From: Nitrosopumilus maritimus SCM1
Lineage (GTDB): Archaea; Thermoproteota; Nitrososphaeria; Nitrososphaerales; Nitrosopumilaceae
Direction of reading: 5' to 3'
NCBI RefSeq assembly: GCF_000018465.1
Contig: NC_010085.1
Location: forward strand, 60,001 to 92,000
DNA: 32,000 bases
Both the position numbers and the translations under genes were made by a program. Below are positions 1 through 9,201 of the stretch, one piece after another; position 1 is the first letter of the stretch; every line of letters begins with the position of its first letter. Under the pieces are notes generated by a model that saw only the letters and a list, made by a program, of their open reading frames with translations, searched no databases and was not told where the DNA came from.

Positions 1-100
1 TTGGGACATCGTATATCTTCAGCCATGTTCATCTCTATCTCTGTTAATTTAAAAATAATGTCCAAAGGTTAATTAGTCGTTTTAGATTTTTTTCGAATAC

Positions 101-514
101 TTGGCAAACTTCAAGATTACCATTTCCGATACCAAAGGAAAATCAATGTCTAAAGAGCTTAAAGATAGCGATGCTAATCCTCTCTTAGGACTTGAATTAG
201 GACAAGAAACTGATGCTTCTGTTGTAGGTCTAAATGGAAAGTTAAAACTTACTGGAGGTAGTGACAAGTCTGGTGTTCCAATGAGAAATGATATTCATGG
301 TGCTGCAAGAAAATACGTTTTGCTTTCTAAAGGTGTAGGTTTACAAGATGCAGAGAAAGGACAAAGAGTAAGAAAATTAATGCGTGGAAACACTGTTTCT
401 GAAGAAATTTATCAAATTAATTGCAAATTTGATGGTGAATTACCTGTTGAAGAAGCTCCTGCAGAAGACGCACCAGAATCTGCAGAAGAAAAATCTGAAG
501 ATAAAAAAGAATAA
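101..514 (+). CDS. rps6e: 30S ribosomal protein S6e
   Basis: Protein MANFKITISDTKGKSMSKEL...GLELGQETD...LTGGSDKSGVPMRNDIHG...RKLMRGNTVSEEIYQIN matches the S6e pattern; TTG start; acidic C-terminal tail. Confidence 0.93.
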   Translation: MANFKITISDTKGKSMSKELKDSDANPLLGLELGQETDASVVGLNGKLKLTGGSDKSGVPMRNDIHGAARKYVLLSKGVGLQDAEKGQRVRKLMRGNTVSEEIYQINCKFDGELPVEEAPAEDAPESAEEKSEDKKE

Positions 515-545
515 CTTAACATATAACGATTCTACCTTTTGACTC

Positions 546-1808
546 ATGCACTGGAGAGAGACACTTCCTGATTGGTACATTGAAAAGTATGGGTATCAAC
601 CATGTGTTAACATTGGAACTGCTGGCCATGTAGATCATGGAAAAACTACTCTGATTCAAGCATTAACTGGTTCATGGACAAGTGTTCATAGTCAAGAACT
701 AAAACGTGGAATTACAATTCGTGTTGGTTATTCTGATGCAGCATTTTACAAATGTAAAAACTGTGAAGAACCATTAGGGTATTCTACAACACCAAAATGC
801 AACAATTGTGGTGGAGAAAGTGAACTATCTAGAGTTGTTAGTTTTGTAGATAGCCCAGGACACGAGAGTTTAATGGCAAATATGCTATCTGGTTCTGCAT
901 TAATGGATGGAGCATTATTACTAGTTGCAGCAAACGAAAAGGTTCCAAGACCCCAGACAAAAGAACATCTTTTAGCACTCCAAACACTTGGAATTCAACA
1001 GATTGTAGTAGTTCAAAATAAAGTTGATTTACTATCTTACAAAGAAGCACTAGCAAATTATCAAGATATTACAAAATTTGTTAAAGGAAGTCATGCTGCA
1101 AAAGCACCAATTATACCAATTTCTGCCCAATCTGGCCTAAATGTAGATGCATTAATTGGTTCAATAGAATCTAATATCAAAACCCCTGACAGAGATGAAA
1201 AACAAGATACAGTTATGCATGTTTTACGTTCTTTTGATGTAAACAAACCTGGAACTAAATTAAAAAACATCAAGGGAGGTGTTATTGGTGGTAGCTTGAC
1301 TCAAGGTATATTCAACGTAGGTGATGAAATTGAGATAAAACCAGGAATACTAAATGAAAAGAAAAAAAATTATGAACCTCTTGTAACAGAGATTACTTCT
1401 TTAGGAACTGCTGCTGGAATTGTTGAATCTGTAAAACCTGGTGGCTTAGTTGCAATTGGAACTAAACTAGATCCATCAATGACTCGAAGTGACTCATTCA
1501 TTGGTTCAGTTATTGGAAAACCAGGTACACTACCAGAAAATTCTACAAAACTAAAACTAGATGTAACATTATTTGATTCAGCAGTAGGAACTACTGAGGA
1601 TATTAAAGTCCAACCAATACAAACAGGTGAACTACTTAGAGTGAATATTGGAACTGCTCCATTATTGGGTAAAGTAACTAAAGTAAAATCCAAAAATACA
1701 GAAATTGAATTACGAAGACCTGCCTGTATTTTTGAAGGTGGAAATGTAGCACTAAGTAGAAGAATTGATGAACGATGGAGACTAATTGGTGCAGGAATAG
1801 TTGGTTGA
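546..1808 (+). CDS. eif2g: Translation initiation factor 2 subunit gamma (GTPase)
   Basis: P-loop GTPase motif GHVDHGKTTL, VSFVDSPGHESLMANML, NKVD, and zinc knuckle CKNC...CNNC typical of aIF2-gamma. Confidence 0.96.
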   Translation: MHWRETLPDWYIEKYGYQPCVNIGTAGHVDHGKTTLIQALTGSWTSVHSQELKRGITIRVGYSDAAFYKCKNCEEPLGYSTTPKCNNCGGESELSRVVSFVDSPGHESLMANMLSGSALMDGALLLVAANEKVPRPQTKEHLLALQTLGIQQIVVVQNKVDLLSYKEALANYQDITKFVKGSHAAKAPIIPISAQSGLNVDALIGSIESNIKTPDRDEKQDTVMHVLRSFDVNKPGTKLKNIKGGVIGGSLTQGIFNVGDEIEIKPGILNEKKKNYEPLVTEITSLGTAAGIVESVKPGGLVAIGTKLDPSMTRSDSFIGSVIGKPGTLPENSTKLKLDVTLFDSAVGTTEDIKVQPIQTGELLRVNIGTAPLLGKVTKVKSKNTEIELRRPACIFEGGNVALSRRIDERWRLIGAGIVG

Positions 1809-2169
1809 AGTAATCTGCGATACCAGTTTTTTGATAAATCTTGCTACTAGAAGAATAAAAAATATTGATAATCTTGATGTCGAGATAGGTACAATTTCTT
1901 TTGTCGTTCCTGAGGTTGTAAAAACAGAATTATCAAAATTACTTAAAATTCCTGAAAAAAAATATGATATTGAAAAAACATTAAATTTTATCAAAAATTT
2001 TAAAACAATTCCACTATCTGGTTCTTTTGCAGACAAAGAATTACTAGAATTTATAAAATCTAATAATTCTATTATAGGCACAATGGATAAAGAATTAAAA
2101 AAACAAATAAAATCTGTAGGTAGTTCTGTATTGTCTTTTTCTAATGATAAGATAATTTTAGAATCTTAG
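1801..2169 (+). CDS. PIN-domain protein (putative nuclease)
   Basis: N-terminal VICDTSFLINLA motif with later conserved acidic residues (GTMDKELKKQI); TTG start overlaps the 3' end of the aIF2-gamma gene by 8 nt. PIN genes are often linked to aIF2-gamma in archaea. Confidence 0.75.
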   Translation: MVEVICDTSFLINLATRRIKNIDNLDVEIGTISFVVPEVVKTELSKLLKIPEKKYDIEKTLNFIKNFKTIPLSGSFADKELLEFIKSNNSIIGTMDKELKKQIKSVGSSVLSFSNDKIILES

Positions 2170-2204
2170 AAAAATTTAACTTTAGGCTTTATCTCATCAT
2201 AATT

Positions 2205-2654
2205 ATGGAATTAGAAAGCTCATCTTTTGAAAATGGTGGAACCATTCCAAAAAAATTTGGTTACAAAAATGGGAATGTTAGTCCTTCTCTAATTATTAAT
2301 GATGTTCCAGATTCTGCAAAATCTCTAGCTTTGGTCATGGATGATCCTGATGCAATGGGTGCTGTTGGAAAAGTTTGGGTTCACTGGGTTTTATGGAATA
2401 TTCCTACAGAAGTTACAAAGATGGATGAAAATTCTATACCTGAAAACTCAATTGAAGGAGAAACTGACTTTGGAGAAATTGGTTATGGTGGACCAGCACC
2501 TCCTGATAAAGAACATACATACATTTTCAAACTATATGCACTTGATACTGCTCTTGATCTAGGTAAAGGTTCAACTAAAAAAGATCTTGAAAATTCTATA
2601 CAAGATCATATTATTGCTAAAGCAAAATTAACTGGAAAATATGCTCCACAATAA
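2205..2654 (+). CDS. Phosphatidylethanolamine-binding protein (PEBP/YbhB-YbcL) family protein
   Basis: Motifs LALVMDDPDAMG, WVHWVLWNIP, YGGPAPPDKEHTYIFKLYALD. Confidence 0.92.
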   Translation: MELESSSFENGGTIPKKFGYKNGNVSPSLIINDVPDSAKSLALVMDDPDAMGAVGKVWVHWVLWNIPTEVTKMDENSIPENSIEGETDFGEIGYGGPAPPDKEHTYIFKLYALDTALDLGKGSTKKDLENSIQDHIIAKAKLTGKYAPQ

Positions 2655-2722
2655 ACCGGAAATTTTGAAAAATTAAAATTTATTCATAAAGAGTAATAAG
2701 CCTAGATTTGTGTTGAAAATTA

Positions 2723-4861
2723 TTGAATTCTGATTCTACTCTAATTTCTGTTGGACAATTTGATTTAAAATTAAATCATCTCTTAGTGATTGGTATTCTT
2801 TCATTATCTTTTTCAATCTCTTTTTTAGTCCGTGCCCAACCTGCAGAATGGGGTTGGGAATTACATGAATTTGATCCTTTTTTCAATTATCGTGCTACTG
2901 AATATTTAGTCAACAATGGAGTTGATGCATATTTTGAATGGAATGATGAATTAAGTTGGTATCCTTGGGGTAGAGACGTATCTGAAAGCTCACAAGTTGC
3001 ATTACATCTTACTGCTGCAGTAACTTATTGGATGTTTGGTGGTGGAGGAAATCTCTATGATTTTACCATACTTTTCCCAGCAATTTTTGGTTCTTTGACA
3101 ACTATTGTTATATTCGCACTAGTACGTGTAATTGGCGGAACTACTGCAGGATTATTGTCTGCATTATTATTTTCAGTATCTATTCCAATGTTAACAAGAG
3201 GTGCTATTGGTTGGTTTAAATCTGAACCACTTGGTTTGTTCTTTGCAATTTTATCAATGTACCTTCTTTTAAGCGGTATTAATTCAAAAAATCAAAAAAT
3301 TGTTATACCTAAACTTGTTTTTAGTGGATTTTTTATTATAATGAGTTTGTCTGCCTGGGGTGGAAACCAATTTTTCATAATCCCACTAGCTATCTTTTTC
3401 TTAACTCTACCTTTCTTACGAAAAGATCATAAATTTCTGATTTGGGCAATTCCAATTTTTAGTTTATCTACAATTATAACATCTTTGGGTTTTGAAAGAA
3501 TTACATCAAATTTTCTAATAGGTTTAGGTGGGTTTGCATTATTTGTTCCAACAATTTTTCTTGTATTGTGTATAATTATTCAAAATAAAAGTAATGATAA
3601 ACACAAAATGCGTAATGGTTTGATCTTCCTTGCATCTTTTCTTATTATCATTTCAGCATTTCTTCTAATAAATACCTCAGAAGAATTCATACCCTTGCCG
3701 TCTCATAGATATCTTAATGCAATAAATCCATTTTTAACTACTGATAATGCACTAACTGATTCAGTATCCGAACATGCTACACCTACAATACATCATTCTT
3801 TCTTATTCCATTCTGTCATCATGGTTTTTGCTGGTATTGGAATATGGTTGATGTTAAGTAACTCTAAAAACCATTTTGTTATCCGAAATGACATGAAATC
3901 ATTTTCGTTACTTGTAGGAATAACTGGAGTTTATGCTGCTTCAACATTTTTGAGATTAGAAGTATTTGCATCTGTATCTGTTATTATCCTTGCATCCTTG
4001 GGAATATCATTTTTATCTAAATCATTATTTTCGAACAAAATGAAGTTTTCTAATCTAAAAAATCTAGTATTAACACTGTCGTTTGGAATTGGTTTAATAA
4101 CATTATTGGTAATTCCTATAACTTTTGTTGCTCCTCTAAATGTATTTCAAGTAGGTGACAATCCATTTACTATACTTAATGGTGGTACTACTTTTGGGTT
4201 AGCCAATAATGATTGGAATGATTCTTTAGAATGGATAAAAAATAATACTCCTGAGAATTCTGTTGTTGCTGCATGGTGGGATTATGGATATTGGATTCAA
4301 ACTAAGGCAGAAAGAACAACACTAGCTGATAACTCTACTTTGATTGATCATGTAATTGAAAAAATTGCCAAAGTTTTCTTAAGCACTCCTGAACAGGGCT
4401 GGAAAACTTTGCAAGAAATGGAAGCAGATTATATTGTTATTTTTATAGCTGGGCAAAGACTAAACTTGGATGGAAATGAAAACCAACCAGTCTATATTTT
4501 AAGCGGTGGTGGAGATGAATCTAAAAAACAATGGTTCATGAGTATAGCTGGAGAGCCACTTGAAAAATATCTGCAATCAGATGGAATAAGTGGAACTGAT
4601 CATTTCTGGAATAATACTACATTAGGAAAGATGATTCCATTTGAATTACTTGGTTATGTTAATTTTGAAACAAACCAACAATCTTTATCATATCAACCTG
4701 GTTTTACTGCAATTTATGAAAAGAACATTAAATTTTCTATGGATGATAATGGTCCATTAAAACTAGTTTATTCATCTCCAAGCTATGATACCCCTAGAGG
4801 CGGGGCTCTGACTGGAATTTTTGTTTATGAAATCAATAAGGATTACATACCAACAAACTAA
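2723..4861 (+). CDS. aglB: Oligosaccharyltransferase catalytic subunit, STT3/AglB family
   Basis: Multi-TM protein with N-terminal HEFDPFFNYRATEYL and the WWDYGYWI signature; 712 aa; TTG start. Confidence 0.94.
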   Translation: MNSDSTLISVGQFDLKLNHLLVIGILSLSFSISFLVRAQPAEWGWELHEFDPFFNYRATEYLVNNGVDAYFEWNDELSWYPWGRDVSESSQVALHLTAAVTYWMFGGGGNLYDFTILFPAIFGSLTTIVIFALVRVIGGTTAGLLSALLFSVSIPMLTRGAIGWFKSEPLGLFFAILSMYLLLSGINSKNQKIVIPKLVFSGFFIIMSLSAWGGNQFFIIPLAIFFLTLPFLRKDHKFLIWAIPIFSLSTIITSLGFERITSNFLIGLGGFALFVPTIFLVLCIIIQNKSNDKHKMRNGLIFLASFLIIISAFLLINTSEEFIPLPSHRYLNAINPFLTTDNALTDSVSEHATPTIHHSFLFHSVIMVFAGIGIWLMLSNSKNHFVIRNDMKSFSLLVGITGVYAASTFLRLEVFASVSVIILASLGISFLSKSLFSNKMKFSNLKNLVLTLSFGIGLITLLVIPITFVAPLNVFQVGDNPFTILNGGTTFGLANNDWNDSLEWIKNNTPENSVVAAWWDYGYWIQTKAERTTLADNSTLIDHVIEKIAKVFLSTPEQGWKTLQEMEADYIVIFIAGQRLNLDGNENQPVYILSGGGDESKKQWFMSIAGEPLEKYLQSDGISGTDHFWNNTTLGKMIPFELLGYVNFETNQQSLSYQPGFTAIYEKNIKFSMDDNGPLKLVYSSPSYDTPRGGALTGIFVYEINKDYIPTN

Positions 4862-4863
4862 TT

Positions 4864-5019
4864 TCAATTATATCTTTCAGCTAATCTATATCTCATGTAT
4901 TTGTCATCAGGTGAGAATTTTGCTGGATGTGCAGAAATTGTTTGTTCTTTACATTTAGGACATATTTCTTTAAGTGTATATTGAAAGCATTTACTACATT
5001 TTCTTAATTGAAATCTCAT
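4864..5019 (-). CDS. nop10: H/ACA RNP protein Nop10 (51 aa, absent from the supplied ORF track)
   Basis: Manual translation of the minus strand: MRFQLRKCSKCFQYTLKEICPKCKEQTISAHPAKFSPDDKYMRYRLAERYN*. Has the two CxxC pairs and the AHPxxFSPxDxY Nop10 signature, and lies directly downstream of aIF2-alpha as is common in archaea. Confidence 0.92.
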   Translation of the reverse strand: MRFQLRKCSKCFQYTLKEICPKCKEQTISAHPAKFSPDDKYMRYRLAERYN

Positions 5020-5020
5020 T

Positions 5021-5818
5021 TTAGTTCTCTCGAGTTTTCTTTGATTCTTCTCTAGTAAACTTGAATGTTCCTCTCTTCTTTTCTATTTTTGATTGAATAT
5101 CTGCAATTATTGGTTTTAATGATTTTTCCGCAGATTTAAAATCTTCTGAAGTTATTGATAATCTATATTTTGGAGCACCCAAGTATGTGATGTCTATTGT
5201 TGAATCTTTCTTTAATTCATCCAACAGAGTTTTCCTAATAATTTCAATTCCATCTGATTTTGAATTAGTAATTTCCATGATTCCTCTAATTTCTACTGAT
5301 GGAAGTTTAATCTTGGAACATATTTCTTCAATAACGCCTGTTGTTTTCTTTGGAATTTTTAATTCCTTTATAGAATCAATTCCATTTCTTCCAATCTCAA
5401 TAAATGCATCATATACTGAGTCGTATTTTGAATAAATGCTATCTTCTAATTTTTCAATATCTTCATCCGATAGTTTTGCTTTTTCTTGAACATTTTGTAA
5501 CAGAGTTTTTCCTTTTTCAAATTTTTTAACTTCTTTTAGTTTTTGTTTTTTCTGATCTTTAGAAACTTGTTTTAATGATAAATCAATATCTCCACGTTGT
5601 GGATTTACTTTTTTAACAAGAAGGACTTTTTTCTCTCCATCTTTTACAAATCTATTAACCGATCTTATCCATCCAGGAGCAATTTCTGAAATATGCAAAA
5701 ATCCCTGTAAATTGTCATATTCATCTAGTGTTACATAGGCACCATGATCCATAACTTTTGTTACTGTGGCAAGAACTATTTCTCCTTGCTCTGGCATTTC
5801 TTGGATTTCTGTAGACAT
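5021..5818 (-). CDS. eif2a: Translation initiation factor 2 subunit alpha
   Basis: N-terminal S1 domain (GEIVLATVTKVMDHGAYVTLDEYDNLQGFLHISEIAPGWIRSV) plus alpha-subunit C-terminal region; next to nop10. Confidence 0.94.
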   Translation of the reverse strand: MSTEIQEMPEQGEIVLATVTKVMDHGAYVTLDEYDNLQGFLHISEIAPGWIRSVNRFVKDGEKKVLLVKKVNPQRGDIDLSLKQVSKDQKKQKLKEVKKFEKGKTLLQNVQEKAKLSDEDIEKLEDSIYSKYDSVYDAFIEIGRNGIDSIKELKIPKKTTGVIEEICSKIKLPSVEIRGIMEITNSKSDGIEIIRKTLLDELKKDSTIDITYLGAPKYRLSITSEDFKSAEKSLKPIIADIQSKIEKKRGTFKFTREESKKTREN

Positions 5819-5858
5819 TTCTTCTAAAACTCCTAAATGTGTAAATTAATGTTGCTGG

Positions 5859-6389
5859 CTAGAAATCAATTCCCTTTTTGGCTTTGATTCCCTTCTGAAA
5901 TGGATGTTTGATCTCTTTCATTTCTGTGACTAGATCCGCAATTTCTATAACTTCTTCTTTTGCATAATTTCCAGTTAGAACTAAATCTATGTTATCTGGC
6001 TTTGATTTTATCAAATTTAACACGTTATCTACTGAAATCAAGTTCAAATTTACTGCATAATTGATTTCATCTAAAATTACAATATCGTATTTTCCCGATT
6101 GAATTTTTTCATTACTAATTCTTATTGCTTCTTTTGCTACTTTTTCATGATCTTCTTTTGGACTTTTATCATCAACTATGCCTACAAAACCTTTTCCAAT
6201 TGCAACCATTTCAAATCCTGGTTCAAGTTTTTTTGTTGAATCCATTTCTCCGTAATGCCATGAACCTTTGATAAACTGGATCATGCAGATCTTTTTATTA
6301 TAACCTGTAGCTCTTAATGCAAGTCCTAGAGCAGCAGTTGTTTTTCCTTTGCCTTTCCCTGTGTATACAATTGTTAAACCATCACTCAT
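5859..6389 (-). CDS. cobO: Cob(I)yrinic acid a,c-diamide / cob(I)alamin adenosyltransferase (CobO/BtuR type)
   Basis: P-loop TGKGKGKTTAALGLALRA, IQFIKG, VILDEINYA motifs; next to cobalamin genes. Confidence 0.92.
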   Translation of the reverse strand: MSDGLTIVYTGKGKGKTTAALGLALRATGYNKKICMIQFIKGSWHYGEMDSTKKLEPGFEMVAIGKGFVGIVDDKSPKEDHEKVAKEAIRISNEKIQSGKYDIVILDEINYAVNLNLISVDNVLNLIKSKPDNIDLVLTGNYAKEEVIEIADLVTEMKEIKHPFQKGIKAKKGIDF

Positions 6390-6476
6390 GATATTTTCTC
6401 CTCTTATCTAACTAAAAACATTGAGATTTTAACAAATACATCAATTTAAATAAAAAAATAATATTATTGATGCAAA

Positions 6477-7829
6477 TTGAAAATTCCAAGAATTGTTTTG
6501 GCAGGTGCTACTAGTGGAGTTGGAAAAACCTCCATCACATGTTCAATAATTTATGCACTTCAAAAACAAGGGTATACTGTTCAACCATTCAAGGTGGGAC
6601 CTGATTATATAGATCCAAGTTATCTTTCAAATATTTCAAAAAATAATGCATTCAACTTAGATGTTTGGTTGATGGGAAAAAACCATTTGTTATCAAGCTT
6701 TATTTCAAATTCAAAATCTGATGTATCTGTAATTGAAGGAGTAATGGGGTATTATGATGGATTTGGTGGTGATTCAAATTATGCTAGTACGCATCATGTA
6801 GCTTCTATTACCAAATCTCCTGTAATTTTGATTCTTGATGCAAGTAAAACTGCTCGCTCCATTGCAGCAACAGCCTTGGGATTTCAAAAATTTCATAAAA
6901 ATTCTAGAATTACAGGCATAATTCTTAATAAAATAGGTAGTAAAAAACATGAAAATCTGTGCAGACAAGCTTTACAAAAAACAAAACTTCCTATTGTAGG
7001 TGTAATTCCAAAAAATCCTAATCTTAACCTTGAATCAAGACATCTTGGACTATTTTCTACTTTAGATAACAAAACATTGTATAACAAAATTCAAAAAATC
7101 TCAAAAACTATTTCAAAAAATTTAGATATTGAACAAATTATTAAAATTTTAAAAAATACTTCTCATCTTCAAAAAATCTCAAAACCTTCTCATAAAAAAC
7201 CAAAAACAACAATTGCAATAGCATTAGATACATCCTTTAATTTCTATTATCAAGATAATTTAGAATCTCTTAGAAGAGAAGGAGCATTATTGAAATTTTT
7301 TAGTCCTGTTAATGATACAAAAATTCCAAAATGTGACGGACTATACATTGGAGGTGGATTTCCAGAAGTTTTAGGATCTAAATTAGCAAAAAATCAAACT
7401 ATGAAAAAACTAATCAAAAACCTTGCTGAAGACAATCTTCCAATATATGCTGAATGTGGTGGATTGATGTATCTTACAAAATCTATTTCCTCAGAAAATA
7501 AAAAGTACAAAATGGTAGGTGTTTTTGATGCAGAAACCTACATGACAAAAAGAATGAAACTAAATTACACCAAAGGAAAAATTAATCCTTCAATAATTTC
7601 TGAAAGATCACACAGTATTCAAGGCCATGAATTTCATTACTCAAAACTAAATTCTGTATCTACTGATTCAAAATTTGCTTATGAATTAGAAATTGGTGAC
7701 GGAATAAAGAATCACAAAGATGGATTAATCCAATACAATTCTCTGGCATCTTATGGACACCTTTATTTTGATAGTTTTAATTATGCGGAAAATTTTGTTA
7801 AAAATTGTATAAAATATTCAAGAAGCTGA
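6477..7829 (+). CDS. cbiA: Cobyrinic acid a,c-diamide synthase
   Basis: ATSGVGKTSITCSI P-loop, KVGPDYIDPSY, EGVMGYYDG, and glutamine amidotransferase-like YIGGGFPE...YAECGGLMYL. Confidence 0.94.
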   Translation: MKIPRIVLAGATSGVGKTSITCSIIYALQKQGYTVQPFKVGPDYIDPSYLSNISKNNAFNLDVWLMGKNHLLSSFISNSKSDVSVIEGVMGYYDGFGGDSNYASTHHVASITKSPVILILDASKTARSIAATALGFQKFHKNSRITGIILNKIGSKKHENLCRQALQKTKLPIVGVIPKNPNLNLESRHLGLFSTLDNKTLYNKIQKISKTISKNLDIEQIIKILKNTSHLQKISKPSHKKPKTTIAIALDTSFNFYYQDNLESLRREGALLKFFSPVNDTKIPKCDGLYIGGGFPEVLGSKLAKNQTMKKLIKNLAEDNLPIYAECGGLMYLTKSISSENKKYKMVGVFDAETYMTKRMKLNYTKGKINPSIISERSHSIQGHEFHYSKLNSVSTDSKFAYELEIGDGIKNHKDGLIQYNSLASYGHLYFDSFNYAENFVKNCIKYSRS

Positions 7830-8483
7830 TTCTGCTCGAATTAACTTGAAAATTGCATTTATTATTGCTGAAGCTGAGGAACTACCTCCTTTTCTACCCA
7901 AATTTGTGATAAATGGCGCCTCTTCTAATCTAGATAATTCTTCTTTTGATTCTGCAGCGCAGATAAAGCCTACTGGAATACCTATGATTAGTGCAGGCTT
8001 GACAATTCCTTCTTTTACCATCTTTATCACCTCTTGTAAGGCTGTAGGCGCATTTCCTATTGCTACAATTCCTTCATCAATATCTGATTTTGCAGCCCTC
8101 ATGGATACCTGAGAGCGTGTTTTTCCCTCTTTTTTTGCCAATTCCATAATTTCGGGTTTTGAGATATTACAAACAATATCATTTCCAAAATCTTTTGGAT
8201 TTTGTTTATTGAGGCCTCCAATTACCCCGTTGACATCTACTACGATACTGCAACCATTCTTCAAAGCTTTCATTCCGCTTTCAATTGCTTCCTTATGAAA
8301 AATTATTTTATTTTTATCTGCAAAATCAAAATCTGCTGTAGAATGAATAATTCTTCTTACAATTGGCCATTCCTTTTCATTGTATGGATGAGAACCAATT
8401 TCATCTTCAATCATTTGCATGCTTGCATCTTCAATTGATTGACCTTTTTCAGTTTGCATCTTCAACCTCCTTTGCTCTTTCAA
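7818..8483 (-). CDS. cbiC: Precorrin-8X / cobalt-precorrin-8 methylmutase; true start probably Met near 8456 rather than 8483
   Basis: VRRIIHSTADFDFA, VVDVNGVIGGL, GIPVGFICAAESKE motifs. Confidence 0.92.
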   Translation of the reverse strand: MKEQRRLKMQTEKGQSIEDASMQMIEDEIGSHPYNEKEWPIVRRIIHSTADFDFADKNKIIFHKEAIESGMKALKNGCSIVVDVNGVIGGLNKQNPKDFGNDIVCNISKPEIMELAKKEGKTRSQVSMRAAKSDIDEGIVAIGNAPTALQEVIKMVKEGIVKPALIIGIPVGFICAAESKEELSRLEEAPFITNLGRKGGSSSASAIINAIFKLIRAESAS

Positions 8484-9201
8484 TAATTAAATCAATGATT
8501 TTTTCATCAGCCCCAATATGTTTTGTAATAAAAGTATCTTTGAGATTAGAATCTTTTAGAGCTGGAATTAAGTCATTATTGATATCAGTTTTAACATGTG
8601 CACCCTCATGTAAGAAATAAAATACAATTACCAAAACTTTTGGTTCATCTTTCTCACATTTTTTAATTCCTTCAAAAATATCTGGTTGTTCAATTTCTAA
8701 CCAACAACGACTTACATTTCTGTAAGAATTTTTTAACTCATCAACTATATAATTTAATGACATTTGTGCATTAGGATCTTTACTGCCATGACCAATTATC
8801 ATAACATCAACATCTGTATTAGGTAATGTAATATTATTTTCTTTGAGTGTAGTTGTGACTCTATTCTCAACAATATCTACCAAAGTTTTGTGCATACTCA
8901 TTGGTTTAGTTATTAGAAATTTCACTTGTGTATCTTTTTGTAATTTCATTACATCAGTAACAGCAATCTTGACCTTTTTTCCTGGATATAGAAAATACGG
9001 TACTATTGTTAGTGAATCAATATCTTCTTTGAGACATTTTGAAATACCATCCTCAATGTATGGTGGTTCAACTTCTAAAAAGCAATAATCCGTAAAAACA
9101 TAGTCTCCTTTAGCCTTAATTCCAGTACAAATAGTCTCTAATTCCTCTGATGCCTCCCTTTCTCTACTACCTCTATCAATAATCAATAATCCTCGCTTCA
9201 A
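8449..9201 (-). CDS. cbiX: Two-domain CbiX-family sirohydrochlorin cobaltochelatase-like protein
   Basis: Two repeated halves: IIDRGSRERE...PYFLYPGKKVK and IIGHGSKDPN...FYFLHEGAHVKTDI; lies between cbiC and cbiG. Confidence 0.88.
   Translation of the reverse strand: MKRGLLIIDRGSREREASEELETICTGIKAKGDYVFTDYCFLEVEPPYIEDGISKCLKEDIDSLTIVPYFLYPGKKVKIAVTDVMKLQKDTQVKFLITKPMSMHKTLVDIVENRVTTTLKENNITLPNTDVDVMIIGHGSKDPNAQMSLNYIVDELKNSYRNVSRCWLEIEQPDIFEGIKKCEKDEPKVLVIVFYFLHEGAHVKTDINNDLIPALKDSNLKDTFITKHIGADEKIIDLIIERAKEVEDAN

Noticed and set aside
1-32. Possible start of a minus-strand gene leaving the window (MNMAEDIRCP...)
   Set aside because: Only about ten codons are visible, too few to support a feature, though a divergent neighbour of S6e is plausible.
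82-267. 61-aa minus-strand ORF opposite S6e
   Set aside because: Antisense to a confident ribosomal protein gene and without recognisable features.
1801-2169. PIN-domain protein as a VapC toxin
   Set aside because: No VapB-like antitoxin ORF is adjacent; it overlaps aIF2-gamma in a translation-gene context, so a housekeeping RNA-processing role is more likely.
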